From positions 864,001 to 928,000 of the forward strand of contig JASGJH010000001.1 in NCBI GenBank assembly GCA_047601445.1: DNA of 64,000 nucleotides. Reading direction: 5' to 3'. This DNA comes from Myxococcales bacterium. Lineage in GTDB: Bacteria; Myxococcota_A; Polyangia; Polyangiales; DASUME01. Under the pieces are notes generated by a model that made no database searches, was not told the origin of the DNA, and saw only the letters and a program-made list of their open reading frames with translations. A program made the translations under genes and the position numbers. Below, in pieces: positions 29,098 through 39,070 of the stretch. Position 1 is the first letter of the stretch; the number at the start of each line of letters is the position of its first letter.

Positions 29098-29805
29098 ATG
29101 GGCAAAACCGAGTCGATTCAAGCGCTTAGTGCGATCTCTCCCAGGGGCCTCCGGAGCGACCCGGCCCCCCTGAACAGCCGGGCTCCGCTCTGGGAGCACT
29201 GGGGGCCCGGGCAAATCCTGGAGCTCTCCGGAAGTGCTCCGGGAAAGCTCAGTACGGTCGCTCGCTTGCTGCTCCGGGCCCAGGTCGAAGGAGAGCCCTG
29301 CGCCTGGGTTTCGCCGCGCGACGAGTCGAGCTTTTATCCGCCCGATTTTGCCCAGGTGGGTATCGATCTCTCGGCCCTCGTGTTGGTGCGTGTGCCGCCC
29401 GAAGCGGGCTCCCACGGCGTCGTGCGGGCGAGTGAACTCCTGCTGCGCTCGGGAGCCTTCGGCATGTTGGTGGTGGATTTCTCGCACGGTGTCCCGCGCG
29501 GCGAGCTCAGCTGGCAGTCGCGGCTCTCCGGGCTCCTGCGTATGCACGATGCGCGCGTCGTGCTGCTCACCAAGAGCGAAGCCCATCAGCCTTCGTTGGG
29601 ACCCATGGTGGGATTGCGGCTCGAGCCCCAGGTGAGCGTCTCGGCGGCCTCGAGCGGCCTTCCTGGCGGCGCTGGGAGCGCTGACGCCCGGGGCGCCACA
29701 CGCATGTCCCTCGGCCAGCGGGTGCTCAAGTGCAAGCTGGGAGGGGCGCTCTCCATCTCTCCGGACGTGCGGGAGCCCCCGCTGGGAGCCGTGAGGCATG
29801 CATGA
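29098..29805 (+). CDS. imuA: ImuA, RecA-like mutasome accessory protein
   Basis: GQILELSGSAPGKLS (degenerate P-loop), CAWV, FYPPDFAQVGIDL, LLRSGAFGMLVVD; first gene of the cassette. Confidence 0.85.
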   Translation: MGKTESIQALSAISPRGLRSDPAPLNSRAPLWEHWGPGQILELSGSAPGKLSTVARLLLRAQVEGEPCAWVSPRDESSFYPPDFAQVGIDLSALVLVRVPPEAGSHGVVRASELLLRSGAFGMLVVDFSHGVPRGELSWQSRLSGLLRMHDARVVLLTKSEAHQPSLGPMVGLRLEPQVSVSAASSGLPGGAGSADARGATRMSLGQRVLKCKLGGALSISPDVREPPLGAVRHA

Positions 29806-31298
29806 GCTCGCTGCGTCGCATCACCTGCGTCGACATCCCTGACCTGCCGCTGCAGATCCTGCTGCGCAGCCATCCGGAGTATCGCGACTTTCCCGCCGCG
29901 GTAGTGGCGGAGGAGCGACCTGAGTCGCCGCTCTTGCTCGTCAACCGCCACGCCCGGGACATGCGGCTGCGCACGGGCATGCGCTTCGGGGCCGCCAAGA
30001 GCTTGGTGCCCGAGCTGCGCGTGGGCTCGGTGTCTGCGGTGGACGTGGAGCAAACGGTGAGCCAGCTCGTGCACGACCTGCAGACCTTCTCGCCCCACGT
30101 GGAGCGCGATCCGGTAAGCGCCGGCGTGTTCTACGTGGATCCGAGCGGCCTCTCGCATCTCTATGGCGGAGAGCTCAACTGGGCGCGCTGCGTGTATCGC
30201 TATCTCACGGGGAGGCGCTTCTTCGCGGCCGTGGTGGTGGGCTTCGGCCGCACGCTCTCCTATGCGTTGGCGCGCACCACACGCGGCGTGAAGGTCGTGG
30301 AGCGAGAGCCGGAGGCTCTGGAGCTGGCCCGTGAGGTTCCGCTCGAGCGCCTGCACGTGACGCCCAAGCTGCGCGACTCGCTGGAGCGCCTGGGGCTCAC
30401 CACGCTGGGTGATCTGTGCGGCTTCGGGGCCGATCAACTGGGTACGCGCTTCGGTGCCGAGGCTGCCCGTTGGTGTCGCGTGGCGCAGGCCGAGGAGGTG
30501 CTGCCGCTGTGTGCCGAGCCGCACGTGGATACGCCGCGCACCGAGGTGGAGGTGGATCCCCCGGACGACGACGTGGCGCGCCTGTGCTTCGCGCTCAAGC
30601 GTGGCCTCGATTCGCTGCTGGAGAACGTGCGTCAGCGCGGCCAGAGCGTGCGCGCGCTGTGGATGCGACTCGTGCTCGAGCGAGGTCCCGAGAATGTGCA
30701 GCGTCTGGAACCATCGTCTTCCACGCGCGACGCGGCCTTGCTACTGGAGCTGTTGCGGTTGCGGCTCACGGCCTTGAACCTCGCGTCCCGGGTGGAGCGG
30801 GTGGTGCTCGAGGCAGAGATGAGCGACGCGGCGCCGGGGCAGCTCAACATGTTCATCCCCAAGCGTGACCTGGCCGCGGGAGACCGTGCCCTGGCGCGCA
30901 TCAAGGCGAGCTACGGACCCGACGTGGTGTGCAGGGCCGAGCTCGAAGATGCCCACCTGCCCGAGGCCAAGTTCCGATTCTCCCAGTTTTCACGGCTCGA
31001 AAAGCCCAAGCCGCAAGACGCCCCGGAGCATGCCGCGCTGCCCCTGGTGCGCAGGTTGCTGCTCAAGCCCGAGCCGATGTCGGGCAGCGTCGAGGTCGAC
31101 GCGATGAGCCGAGCGAAGACCCTGGTGCACGCGGGAGAGCCCTATGCGTTGGTGGGACCCTATCGCCTGAGCGGAGGTTGGTGGGCCCGCGAGGTCACGC
31201 GTGATTACTACTACGCGCGCTCGCCACGCGGAGAGCTCCTGTGGGTGTTCTACGACGGGCCGAGGGCGTCTTGGTTTTTGCACGGTGTGGTGGATTGA
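29802..31298 (+). CDS. imuB: ImuB, catalytically inactive Y-family polymerase homologue
   Basis: ATGA coupling to imuA; Y-family fold cues (PAAVV, LRTGM, FSPHVE, LGLTTLGDL); QLNMF clamp-binding-like motif; GPYRLSGGWW..RDYY C-terminus. Confidence 0.92.
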   Translation: MSSLRRITCVDIPDLPLQILLRSHPEYRDFPAAVVAEERPESPLLLVNRHARDMRLRTGMRFGAAKSLVPELRVGSVSAVDVEQTVSQLVHDLQTFSPHVERDPVSAGVFYVDPSGLSHLYGGELNWARCVYRYLTGRRFFAAVVVGFGRTLSYALARTTRGVKVVEREPEALELAREVPLERLHVTPKLRDSLERLGLTTLGDLCGFGADQLGTRFGAEAARWCRVAQAEEVLPLCAEPHVDTPRTEVEVDPPDDDVARLCFALKRGLDSLLENVRQRGQSVRALWMRLVLERGPENVQRLEPSSSTRDAALLLELLRLRLTALNLASRVERVVLEAEMSDAAPGQLNMFIPKRDLAAGDRALARIKASYGPDVVCRAELEDAHLPEAKFRFSQFSRLEKPKPQDAPEHAALPLVRRLLLKPEPMSGSVEVDAMSRAKTLVHAGEPYALVGPYRLSGGWWAREVTRDYYYARSPRGELLWVFYDGPRASWFLHGVVD

Positions 31299-31356
31299 GC
31301 GGCATTTTGAGCACGTGTACGAGCACGCGGTGAGAAGGACAGGGCAGGGGGATTCC

Positions 31357-34300
31357 GTGGAGTACGTGCCGTTGTGGGTCAAGAGCAATCACAGCTTCCT
31401 CGAGGGGGCGAGTCATCCGGAGGAGCTCGTCATGCGCGCCCACGAGCTGGGGCTTTCAGCCATGGCCATCACCGATCGCGACGGTGTGTACGGTGCCGTG
31501 AAGGCGCACGTGAAGGCCAAGGAGCTCGGCATCAAGCTCCTGATCGGCGCCGAGATCACGCTCACGCCCAACCTCGATAGCGAGCTGGTGCAACACGTGA
31601 TCCTGTTGGCCAAGGACCGAGCGGGCTACGGCAATCTATGCGCCCTCATCTCCAAGGGCCGCCAGCGCTCCGAGAAGGGGCGCTCTCTGGTGACGCTCGA
31701 CGAGGTGCGGGAGGCCGCGGGCCAGCTGATCGCGCTGTGCCTCGAGCCCACGCTCCTGGCCTCGCTCAAGCCGGCTTTTCAGGGCGATCTCTACGCGCTC
31801 TGCGTGCGGCACGAGGCCGAGGGCGATAGCCTGCGCGAAGCCCAGCTACGCGAGCGTGCGCGCGCGCTCCAGGTGCCCGTGGTGGGCACCACCGAGGTGC
31901 TTTACCACGACGCCGCTCGCCGCCCGCTCCAGGACGTGCTCACCTGCATTCGTCACGGTGTCTCCCTGCGCGAGGCGGGCACTCGCATCAAGCCCAACAC
32001 CGAGCACGCGCTGCGCTCCGCGACGTTCATGGGCGAGCGCTTCCACGACGTGCCGGAGTCCATCGCCAACATCCGCGCCATCGTCGAGGCCTGCAGCTTC
32101 AGCTACGACGAGATTCGCTATCGTTACCCCGGGGAGGCCCTGCCCAGCGGGGTCAGCGAGAGCGAGTGGCTCAAGCAGCTCACCTACCAGGGGGCCGAGC
32201 GCCGCTATCCGGACGGCATCCCCGAGAGCGCACGTGCGCAAATCGAGAGCGAGCTCGGGTTGATCCGGGATCTCGACTACGGCGGCTACTTTCTCACCAT
32301 GCACGAGCTCGTGGAGTTCTGCCATCAGCAGGGCATCCTGTGTCAGGGCCGCGGCAGCGCGGCCAACAGCATCGTGTGTTACTGCCTGGGCATCACGGCG
32401 GTGGACCCCGTGTTGATGGATCTCCTATTCGAGCGCTTTTTGAGCCGCGAGCGCGCCGAGCCGCCGGACATCGATCTCGACATCGAACACGAGCGTCGCG
32501 AGGAAGTGATCCAATGGATGTACCAGAAGTACGGCCGGAAGCGCGCGGCGATGGTGGCGAATTTGATCCGCTATCGCGCGCGATCCGCGGTGCGCGACGT
32601 GGGCAAGGCACTGGGCATCCCCAGCACCGAGCTCGACGGAATCGCGCGTCTGCTCGGGCATTACGACGACACCATCGAGGAGGCTACGCTGCGTGAATCC
32701 GGGCTCGACCCGAATAGCCAGGCGCTGGCGCAGCTGCTCGCGCTGTGCCGCGAGATCAAGGAGTTCCCGCGTCACTTGTCGATTCACCCAGGAGGCTTTT
32801 TGCTCGGACACGAGGCGGTGGACAGCATCGTGCCCATCGAGCCCGCCAGCATGGAGAACCGCACGGTCATCCAATGGGACAAGTACGATATCGAGGCGCT
32901 CGGCTTGTTCAAGGTCGACTTGCTCGGATTGGGCGCGCTCACGGCCATCCGTCAGTGCTTCAGTCTGCTCCGCAAGCACAAGGCTCTCGACTACGAGATG
33001 GCGACCATCCCGGCGGAGGACCCCACGACCTACGAGATGATCTCGCGCGGTGACACGGTGGGCGTGTTCCAGATCGAGAGCCGAGCCCAGATGGCCATGC
33101 TGCCGCGGCTTCAGCCGCGCAAGTTCTACGACCTGGTGATCGAGGTCGCCATCGTGCGTCCCGGTCCCATCCAAGGCGATATGGTGCATCCCTATCTGCG
33201 CCGCCGGACGGGCGGCGAACCCGTGCATTATCCCCATCCGAGCCTGGAGCGCGTGCTCAAGAAGACCATGGGCATTCCCATCTTCCAGGAGCAGGTGATG
33301 AAGCTGGCCGTGCTAGCGGCGGACTACACACCGGGCGAGGCCGATCAGCTACGCCGCGACATGGCAGCCTGGAAGAGCTCGGGGCGCATCGAGGTCCATC
33401 ATGATCGCCTGGTGAGTCGCATGGTGGCGCGCGGCATCCCCGAGGAGTTCGCGGAGCGTGTGTTCTCCCAGATTCGAGGCTTCGGTGAGTACGGCTTCCC
33501 CGAGAGCCACGCGGCCTCCTTCGCGCTGCTCGCGTACATCACGTCGTGGCTCAAGTGCCACCATCCGGAGGTCTTTTTGTGTGCCATGTTGAACGCGCAG
33601 CCCATGGGGTTCTACGCGCCAGGCACCTTGATCGAAGACGGTGCGCGCCACACGGTGGTCACCTTGCCCATCGACGTGAACCACAGCGATTGGGACTGCA
33701 CGCTGGAGACCACCGAAGTGCCCGACGAGCGCGGCGGGATCGGTCGGGTGCTCGCGGTGCGCATGGGCTATCGCTACGTGAAGGGGCTCGGGACGCGCGA
33801 GCGGGAGCGGCTCGCGAACATTCCGCGTCCGGTGCGCTCCATCGAGGACTTTGCCCGTAAGAGCCAGCTCGGACTCACGCCCCTGGTGTCGCTCGCCGAG
33901 GCCGGGGCCTTCGACAGCCTGGGCATGACGCGGCGGGAGGCGCTGTGGCGAGTGCGCGCGGCGTGCCCGGGGGCGCGTGACCCGCTGCGGTCGGAGCCAG
34001 GCTCGAATATGCCGGTCCTGCGTGCGCTGAGCGTGCCGGAGCAGGTGTTGTGGGACTACCGCACCGCGAGTCACAGCCCACGCGGGCATCCCATGGCGCC
34101 GTTGCGCGAATGGCTGGCCAAGCGGGGCATCCTGAGCGCGCACGAAGTGCGTGACTTGGGCCAGGGCAAGCGGGTGGACTGCATGGGGCTCGTGATCTGT
34201 CGACAGCGTCCTGGGACCGCCACGGGGGTGGTGTTTTTGACGCTCGAGGACGAATTTGGCTTCGTGAATGTGGTGGTTTGGAGCAACGTGTTCGAGCGCT

Positions 34301-34449
34301 ATCAACGCGTGCTCCGCACCGCGAGCTTGTTGGGCGTACGTGGCAGGGTTCAGACCGCCGACGGCGTGACGCACGTGATCGCGGAAGAGCTCTATGTGCC
34401 CGAACTCTCGATTGGGCCTCACCAACACCACTCGCGCGACTTTCACTAG
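31357..34449 (+). CDS. dnaE2: Error-prone DNA polymerase DnaE2 (ImuC)
   Basis: SNHSFLEGASHPEEL, QGRGSAANS, PPDIDLDIE, GVFQIESRAQM, YGFPESH, RQRPGTA, C-terminal SRDFH. Confidence 0.97.
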   Translation: MEYVPLWVKSNHSFLEGASHPEELVMRAHELGLSAMAITDRDGVYGAVKAHVKAKELGIKLLIGAEITLTPNLDSELVQHVILLAKDRAGYGNLCALISKGRQRSEKGRSLVTLDEVREAAGQLIALCLEPTLLASLKPAFQGDLYALCVRHEAEGDSLREAQLRERARALQVPVVGTTEVLYHDAARRPLQDVLTCIRHGVSLREAGTRIKPNTEHALRSATFMGERFHDVPESIANIRAIVEACSFSYDEIRYRYPGEALPSGVSESEWLKQLTYQGAERRYPDGIPESARAQIESELGLIRDLDYGGYFLTMHELVEFCHQQGILCQGRGSAANSIVCYCLGITAVDPVLMDLLFERFLSRERAEPPDIDLDIEHERREEVIQWMYQKYGRKRAAMVANLIRYRARSAVRDVGKALGIPSTELDGIARLLGHYDDTIEEATLRESGLDPNSQALAQLLALCREIKEFPRHLSIHPGGFLLGHEAVDSIVPIEPASMENRTVIQWDKYDIEALGLFKVDLLGLGALTAIRQCFSLLRKHKALDYEMATIPAEDPTTYEMISRGDTVGVFQIESRAQMAMLPRLQPRKFYDLVIEVAIVRPGPIQGDMVHPYLRRRTGGEPVHYPHPSLERVLKKTMGIPIFQEQVMKLAVLAADYTPGEADQLRRDMAAWKSSGRIEVHHDRLVSRMVARGIPEEFAERVFSQIRGFGEYGFPESHAASFALLAYITSWLKCHHPEVFLCAMLNAQPMGFYAPGTLIEDGARHTVVTLPIDVNHSDWDCTLETTEVPDERGGIGRVLAVRMGYRYVKGLGTRERERLANIPRPVRSIEDFARKSQLGLTPLVSLAEAGAFDSLGMTRREALWRVRAACPGARDPLRSEPGSNMPVLRALSVPEQVLWDYRTASHSPRGHPMAPLREWLAKRGILSAHEVRDLGQGKRVDCMGLVICRQRPGTATGVVFLTLEDEFGFVNVVVWSNVFERYQRVLRTASLLGVRGRVQTADGVTHVIAEELYVPELSIGPHQHHSRDFH

Positions 34450-34634
34450 CGCATCGCGGCGACTACGTTCGCGTTGAGTCGGGGACGTGCCCAGGCGCGT
34501 TACAACGCTCTGGTCTAACCGCTCGTACGTGCATCCAAATGCACGAGCTCGCCAAAAAAACCTGACACGCTCGCGCGTTACGCGGCGACGAAGCTCAAAA
34601 CGCCCCACGAAGTGCGTTGGGGGGAGTGCTGCCC

Positions 34635-35501
34635 ATGAGACCGGCACTGGGCCTGGGGATCGATCCGTCGCATCCGCTGGGACAAAGAGTTTTCGCCTTG
34701 TTGACGCGTGCCCACGTACCGCATGTGTACGAACGGAAATTGGGGCTGCCCTACGCGCGCGTGCTGCTCGTGAATCCGAGTGCATTGCCCGCTATGGATG
34801 CCGATCTCGTTTGCGTTCTCACGCCGTCCGCGAGCAGTGCGCAGCCAAGTTTGCGCGCGCTCGAGCCCAATTCGAGCAACTCGAGCCGCGTCGCGTGGCT
34901 AGCCCACGGTCCCAGCATGGCCAGCTTGAACGCACGGCTGCGCCTCGCGCTCAAGACGGGGCGTTTTCTCTCCTCCGCGAGTGAACTCGCTGCGGCCTAC
35001 GTGTCCGAAGACGACGTGGCGTTGGCCGTGGCAGCAAGCCTGGCCTCCGACGAAATACCAGCAGGTTTCCACGTGATTCACGGATCCGAATCGCTCTCCC
35101 ACCGCCACGTCGTTCGTCTGGCGAGCGAGGTCTGGACGCAACCCATCGCGCTCGAAGACGTCGCGCTCGACGACCTGGAGCGCGGCTTGATCGAACGAGG
35201 CATGAGCGCGGCCGAGGCACGCGCCGCACGCGATGCCGACAGCGCACTGTTGCAAGGGGGCTGGTCCGCGCCCAGCGACACCTTCGCGCGCCTCACCGGC
35301 ATGAACCCGTTGCGATTGCTTCGCTATCTCGAAGAGCAGCATTTGGCCTGGTCGGACCCAGCGCTCGCGGGCGCTGCGCCCGCTTCGACTACGACGACAT
35401 CGTCGATTCCGAGCGCGTCGACCCAGGTGCGCGTCGTACTCCCGCCAGGCTTGGCAGCGCGAGAAGTCGGCGGCGTGGCCTCCCTGCGCGTGAGCGCCTG
35501 A
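34635..35501 (+). CDS. Degenerate NmrA/atypical SDR-like protein
   Basis: C-half YVSEDDVA, HGSESLS, SDTFARLTGMNP resembles NmrA/QOR2 proteins; N-terminus lacks GxxGxxG. Confidence 0.55.
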   Translation: MRPALGLGIDPSHPLGQRVFALLTRAHVPHVYERKLGLPYARVLLVNPSALPAMDADLVCVLTPSASSAQPSLRALEPNSSNSSRVAWLAHGPSMASLNARLRLALKTGRFLSSASELAAAYVSEDDVALAVAASLASDEIPAGFHVIHGSESLSHRHVVRLASEVWTQPIALEDVALDDLERGLIERGMSAAEARAARDADSALLQGGWSAPSDTFARLTGMNPLRLLRYLEEQHLAWSDPALAGAAPASTTTTSSIPSASTQVRVVLPPGLAAREVGGVASLRVSA

Positions 35502-35502
35502 T

Positions 35503-36756
35503 ATGAGCGCAGGCAAACACACGCTGCTCCGGAGCTTCCTCTGGTTGGGCTCGGCGAGCGCCTTCGCGCGTCTCGTCGACTTGGCCGCCATCGCGGTGGT
35601 GATCGGGGTCGTGAGCCCGAGTCAGGTGGGCGAGGCCGCCCTGGCCTGGACGGTGATCACGCTATGCGAGCCGTTCGCCAGCGCCGGCGTGCAATGGGCC
35701 ATGCTGACGGTGCAGAAGCTCGACCGACGTGGCATCGACAGCGCCTTCTGGATGAGTCTGGCCGGTGGCGTCGCGACGGCCGCGCTGGTAGCGGGGCTGG
35801 CCCCCGTGTTCGCCTGGATTGCGCACGCACCCGAGGTCACTCCGTTGATCGCGGTGGGATCGCTCAAGCTGTTGCCAGTCGCGCTCGCCAGCGTGCCTCA
35901 GCAGCGTTTGGCTCGCGTGCTTCGACACCGCGAGATCGCCAGCGCGAGTGCGGCGGCCACCTTGCTGTCGGCCCTGGTGCGGGTGGTGCTCGCGCTCAAG
36001 GGGGCAGGGGCGTGGTCCTTCGTCATCGCCCACACCTCCTACTCTCTATTCTTGTTGGTGGCCCTCTGGCTGTTCGCTCCCTATCACGTGCAGCTCCGCG
36101 TGGACTGGCGCTGGGTCCGCGAGCTGTGGCGCGCCGGGATGCCCTCGACTCTGAGTCAGGCGCTGGTGCAGTGGGCGCGCAACATCGACTATCTCTTCGT
36201 GGGTGCGTTCCTCGGGGTCGCTCCGCTCGGCCTCTATCGTGTGGCGTTCGATCTCGCGATGGAGCCCGTGGTCGCCACTGGCGAGGTGGTGGCCAGGAGC
36301 GCCACGCCCACCCTGCGAAAGCTCGCGCGCTCCCAGGACCGCCTGCGCTCTGCCTTCGACTACGCCATGAAGCTGAGTCTGGCCCTGGCCCTGCCGCTGG
36401 CCGCCGCTACGTTCCTATTCGCGCCGCGCCTGCTCGAGCTGGCCCGCGACAGTGAGTTCGCGGAGGCCTCCTCGGCCACACGCTGGCTGGTGATCGCGGC
36501 GGTGTTGCGCGTGCTGCTCGGGCTCTATACGCCGTTGGCAGTGGCCATCGGGCGCCCCAAGCTTGCGCTGCGCGCAAGCCTGGAGCTCTTCGCGCTGCTC
36601 ACGGTGGCCCTCCTGTTGTGCGTGTGGAAGCTCGGGAGCACGCTCTCCATCGCCTCTGCCGGCGTAGCCTGGTGCGCGGCGGTGGCCCTCTCGCTCGCCA
36701 TCACCAGGTCGCGCTTCCGCAGCGTGCTCGAGCCGCCGCTATCGACGGCCGGTTGA
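35503..36756 (+). CDS. Oligosaccharide flippase (Wzx/PST family)
   Basis: About 11-12 TMs, SAFW, GAGAWS, NIDYLFVGAFLGVAPLGLYRVAFDL. Confidence 0.88.
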   Translation: MSAGKHTLLRSFLWLGSASAFARLVDLAAIAVVIGVVSPSQVGEAALAWTVITLCEPFASAGVQWAMLTVQKLDRRGIDSAFWMSLAGGVATAALVAGLAPVFAWIAHAPEVTPLIAVGSLKLLPVALASVPQQRLARVLRHREIASASAAATLLSALVRVVLALKGAGAWSFVIAHTSYSLFLLVALWLFAPYHVQLRVDWRWVRELWRAGMPSTLSQALVQWARNIDYLFVGAFLGVAPLGLYRVAFDLAMEPVVATGEVVARSATPTLRKLARSQDRLRSAFDYAMKLSLALALPLAAATFLFAPRLLELARDSEFAEASSATRWLVIAAVLRVLLGLYTPLAVAIGRPKLALRASLELFALLTVALLLCVWKLGSTLSIASAGVAWCAAVALSLAITRSRFRSVLEPPLSTAG

Positions 36757-36775
36757 CCTTCGAAGCGCGGCTAAT

Positions 36776-37498
36776 TCAGCCCCACATGGCCTTCAGCGAG
36801 AGCGCGAGCTCGGGGCCCGTGGTCTCGTGCTTGAAGAACACGAAGACTTCCTTCCACGCGTGGACCTTGATGCGCTCCATCCACTCGCGCAGCTGTGCTT
36901 CCTCGTAGAACCCGCGACGCAGGCGCACGTAGCCGTAGTCCGTGGTGGCCTCGAACGGCTGCTCGAGCCCGGGATCATCTTCGTCGGTGGGGTCCATGTC
37001 CGAGAACACCAGCGTGGCGCCATGGTCGCGCAGCGGCCCCAGGGTCTCCTCCAGCGTCTCCGGCGCGAACCACGAGCGATGGCGGAACTCCATCACCGCG
37101 CGCATGCCGGTGGGCAGGCTGCCGAGGAAGCGCTTGAGCTTCTCGCTGTCCTTGCGCAGGTAGGGCGGCAGCTGGAAAAGCACCGGGCCGAGGCGTGGTC
37201 CGAGGAGTTGTGCGGTGTTCCAGAAATAGCCGACGTTGTCTTCGGTGTTCTCGAGCTTGGCGTGGTGCGTGATGCGCTGGGAAGCCTTCAGGACGAAGAC
37301 GAACTCGGGCGGCACCTTGCCGGCCCAGCCTGTGAGGAGATCGGGTTTGGGCATCCTGTAGAACGTGTTGTTGATCTCGACCGTGTCGAATTTCGAGGCG
37401 TAATAGCTCAAAAATGCTGCTTCTTTCGTCCCAGCAGGGTAGAACTTGCCCTTCCATTCGGCATAGCTGAATCCACTTGTTCCCACGTGCAGCAACAT
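36776..37498 (-). CDS. DUF72 family protein
   Basis: VGTSGFSYAEWKGKFYP, VEINNTFY, FVLKASQRITH, LFQLPP, EFRHRSW, YVRLR. Confidence 0.95.
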   Translation of the reverse strand: MLLHVGTSGFSYAEWKGKFYPAGTKEAAFLSYYASKFDTVEINNTFYRMPKPDLLTGWAGKVPPEFVFVLKASQRITHHAKLENTEDNVGYFWNTAQLLGPRLGPVLFQLPPYLRKDSEKLKRFLGSLPTGMRAVMEFRHRSWFAPETLEETLGPLRDHGATLVFSDMDPTDEDDPGLEQPFEATTDYGYVRLRRGFYEEAQLREWMERIKVHAWKEVFVFFKHETTGPELALSLKAMWG

Positions 37499-37784
37499 GC
37501 CCCCGAGTATGGTCTCCAAAGGCTTCGGTGAAAGGCAAAGTGGGGGGTCCAGCCCGAACCTGGCGCCTGGGTCGCCGTCGCGCAGCCACGCGCTGCACCT
37601 CCGGCGAGTGATTTCGATGAAAGCTTTCCCGACAGAGCCGTTTCTAGGTACACATGTCAGAGCGGATCGCTGGAGGGGGGAGGGCGAGGCAGCCCACGGG
37701 TGTGGCCTGTCCCACACCGCACGTTCGCCGGGGCCTAAATATTCCCCCGGCCACCCCGTCCGCACTCACAAGGAGAACCCGATC

Positions 37785-38249
37785 ATGAAGCGTTGGATTT
37801 CTGCGTTGATGGCCGCGTTCATCGCTGCCTGTACCCTGGTCGTCGCCCCGGCGGGCCGGGCCCAGGACGACACGGCTACGGTCACCGTGCAGATCACGGG
37901 CTTCAAGGGCACCGACGGCGTGGCGCTGGTGACGCTCTATGCTGGCGCCGACACCTGGCTCAATATCCCCAAGGCATTGCAGGTCGTGAAGACCAAGATC
38001 ACCGGTCCCAACCTGACCGTGGAGTTCAAGGGCGTGAAGCCTGGCACCTACGCGGTGCAGGTGGTGCACGACGCCAACAAGAACAACGAACTCGACATGC
38101 GCTGGTTGCCCTGGCCCAAGCCCAAGGAAGGCGCGGGCGCCTCGAACGATCCTGATTCCAAGGCGGGTCCGCCCAAGTTCGACCAGGCGAAGTTCACGGT
38201 CGCTGCCCCTAGCACCACGGTCAAGGCCACGGTGAAGTACATCGAGTGA
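37785..38249 (+). CDS. DUF2141 family secreted protein
   Basis: AAGGAG RBS; signal peptide; PGTYAVQVVHDANKNNELD, PKEGAGASN, GPPKFDQAKF. Confidence 0.92.
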   Translation: MKRWISALMAAFIAACTLVVAPAGRAQDDTATVTVQITGFKGTDGVALVTLYAGADTWLNIPKALQVVKTKITGPNLTVEFKGVKPGTYAVQVVHDANKNNELDMRWLPWPKPKEGAGASNDPDSKAGPPKFDQAKFTVAAPSTTVKATVKYIE

Positions 38250-38351
38250 ACGAGCGGCATGCCGCACCATGTCGAAGGGAGCCTGCACACGAGCGGCTCC
38301 CTTCGCTGCTTTAAATCGCGGTCTTTGCGCTTTGATTCAGCGCGCGCGAGT

Positions 38352-38879
38352 TCAGAAGGTCCCGCCGAGCGAGATCGCCATCGGCCAGCCGACGCGACCG
38401 AGGAGGGCCACCGAGCGCCAGAGCGAATAGCGTCCGCCGAAACCGACGTTCGGGTACACGCCGTCCCAACCATCGCGCTCGATCTTCGCGGCCAGACCGA
38501 GCTCCGGATAGAACGCGAACTTGGGCGTGACACCGAGGCTCCACTGGACGGCGGCGGTGGGCCACACCTGCAGGGGATCGTCGCCCTCGCTAAAGGACAC
38601 GAACGCAACGTCGACGCCGACGCTGATCGCGAGCTCGTCCTTGCTGTTGTAGGAGAGTCCGTCCTTGATCAGCGGGATGTCGACGCGCGCTCCGAGGCCG
38701 AAGTAGCCGTCCCAGGTAATGGAGGCGTGGCCGTCCAAGCGCACGGGCAGGAGGGGCTCCTCCGAGAGGTCTTCGTACTCGGCTCCCTCGGCTTCGTCGG
38801 CCTGGGCATTGGCAGAGAACAGCGAAGATGCGGCGAGCGTGGCAGCTGCCAGTCGAGCGAACACCGGGACCCCTTTCAT
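38352..38879 (-). CDS. Small outer-membrane beta-barrel-like hypothetical protein
   Basis: Signal peptide (AQA), amphipathic strands, C-terminal Phe (ISLGGTF). Confidence 0.65.
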   Translation of the reverse strand: MKGVPVFARLAAATLAASSLFSANAQADEAEGAEYEDLSEEPLLPVRLDGHASITWDGYFGLGARVDIPLIKDGLSYNSKDELAISVGVDVAFVSFSEGDDPLQVWPTAAVQWSLGVTPKFAFYPELGLAAKIERDGWDGVYPNVGFGGRYSLWRSVALLGRVGWPMAISLGGTF

Positions 38880-39070
38880 GATGAGCGATCAAGACATGAG
38901 CGGCTCTTCCCAGCAAGGAATAGGATCGCGACACGCGTTGCCGAGACCTACATCGGTGCTCGCCGGCTGGCACAGCGTGACACAGCGCCTTTCCCCGGAA
39001 ATCACTCGGGATTCCCCTGGGCATATGGCTTGCTTTCGGGCAGCCTGTAGTTTCCTCGAAGGAGAGTTCC

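Noticed and set aside
34525..34562. CGTGCAT-CCAA-ATGCACG hairpin and A7 after dnaE2
   Set aside because: Short stem, and the A-tract is on the wrong side and strand for a dnaE2 terminator; insufficient support.
38968..38985. TGGCAC motifs as sigma54 promoters (also near 15610, 52553, 60263)
   Set aside because: None has the -12 TGC element at the required spacing.
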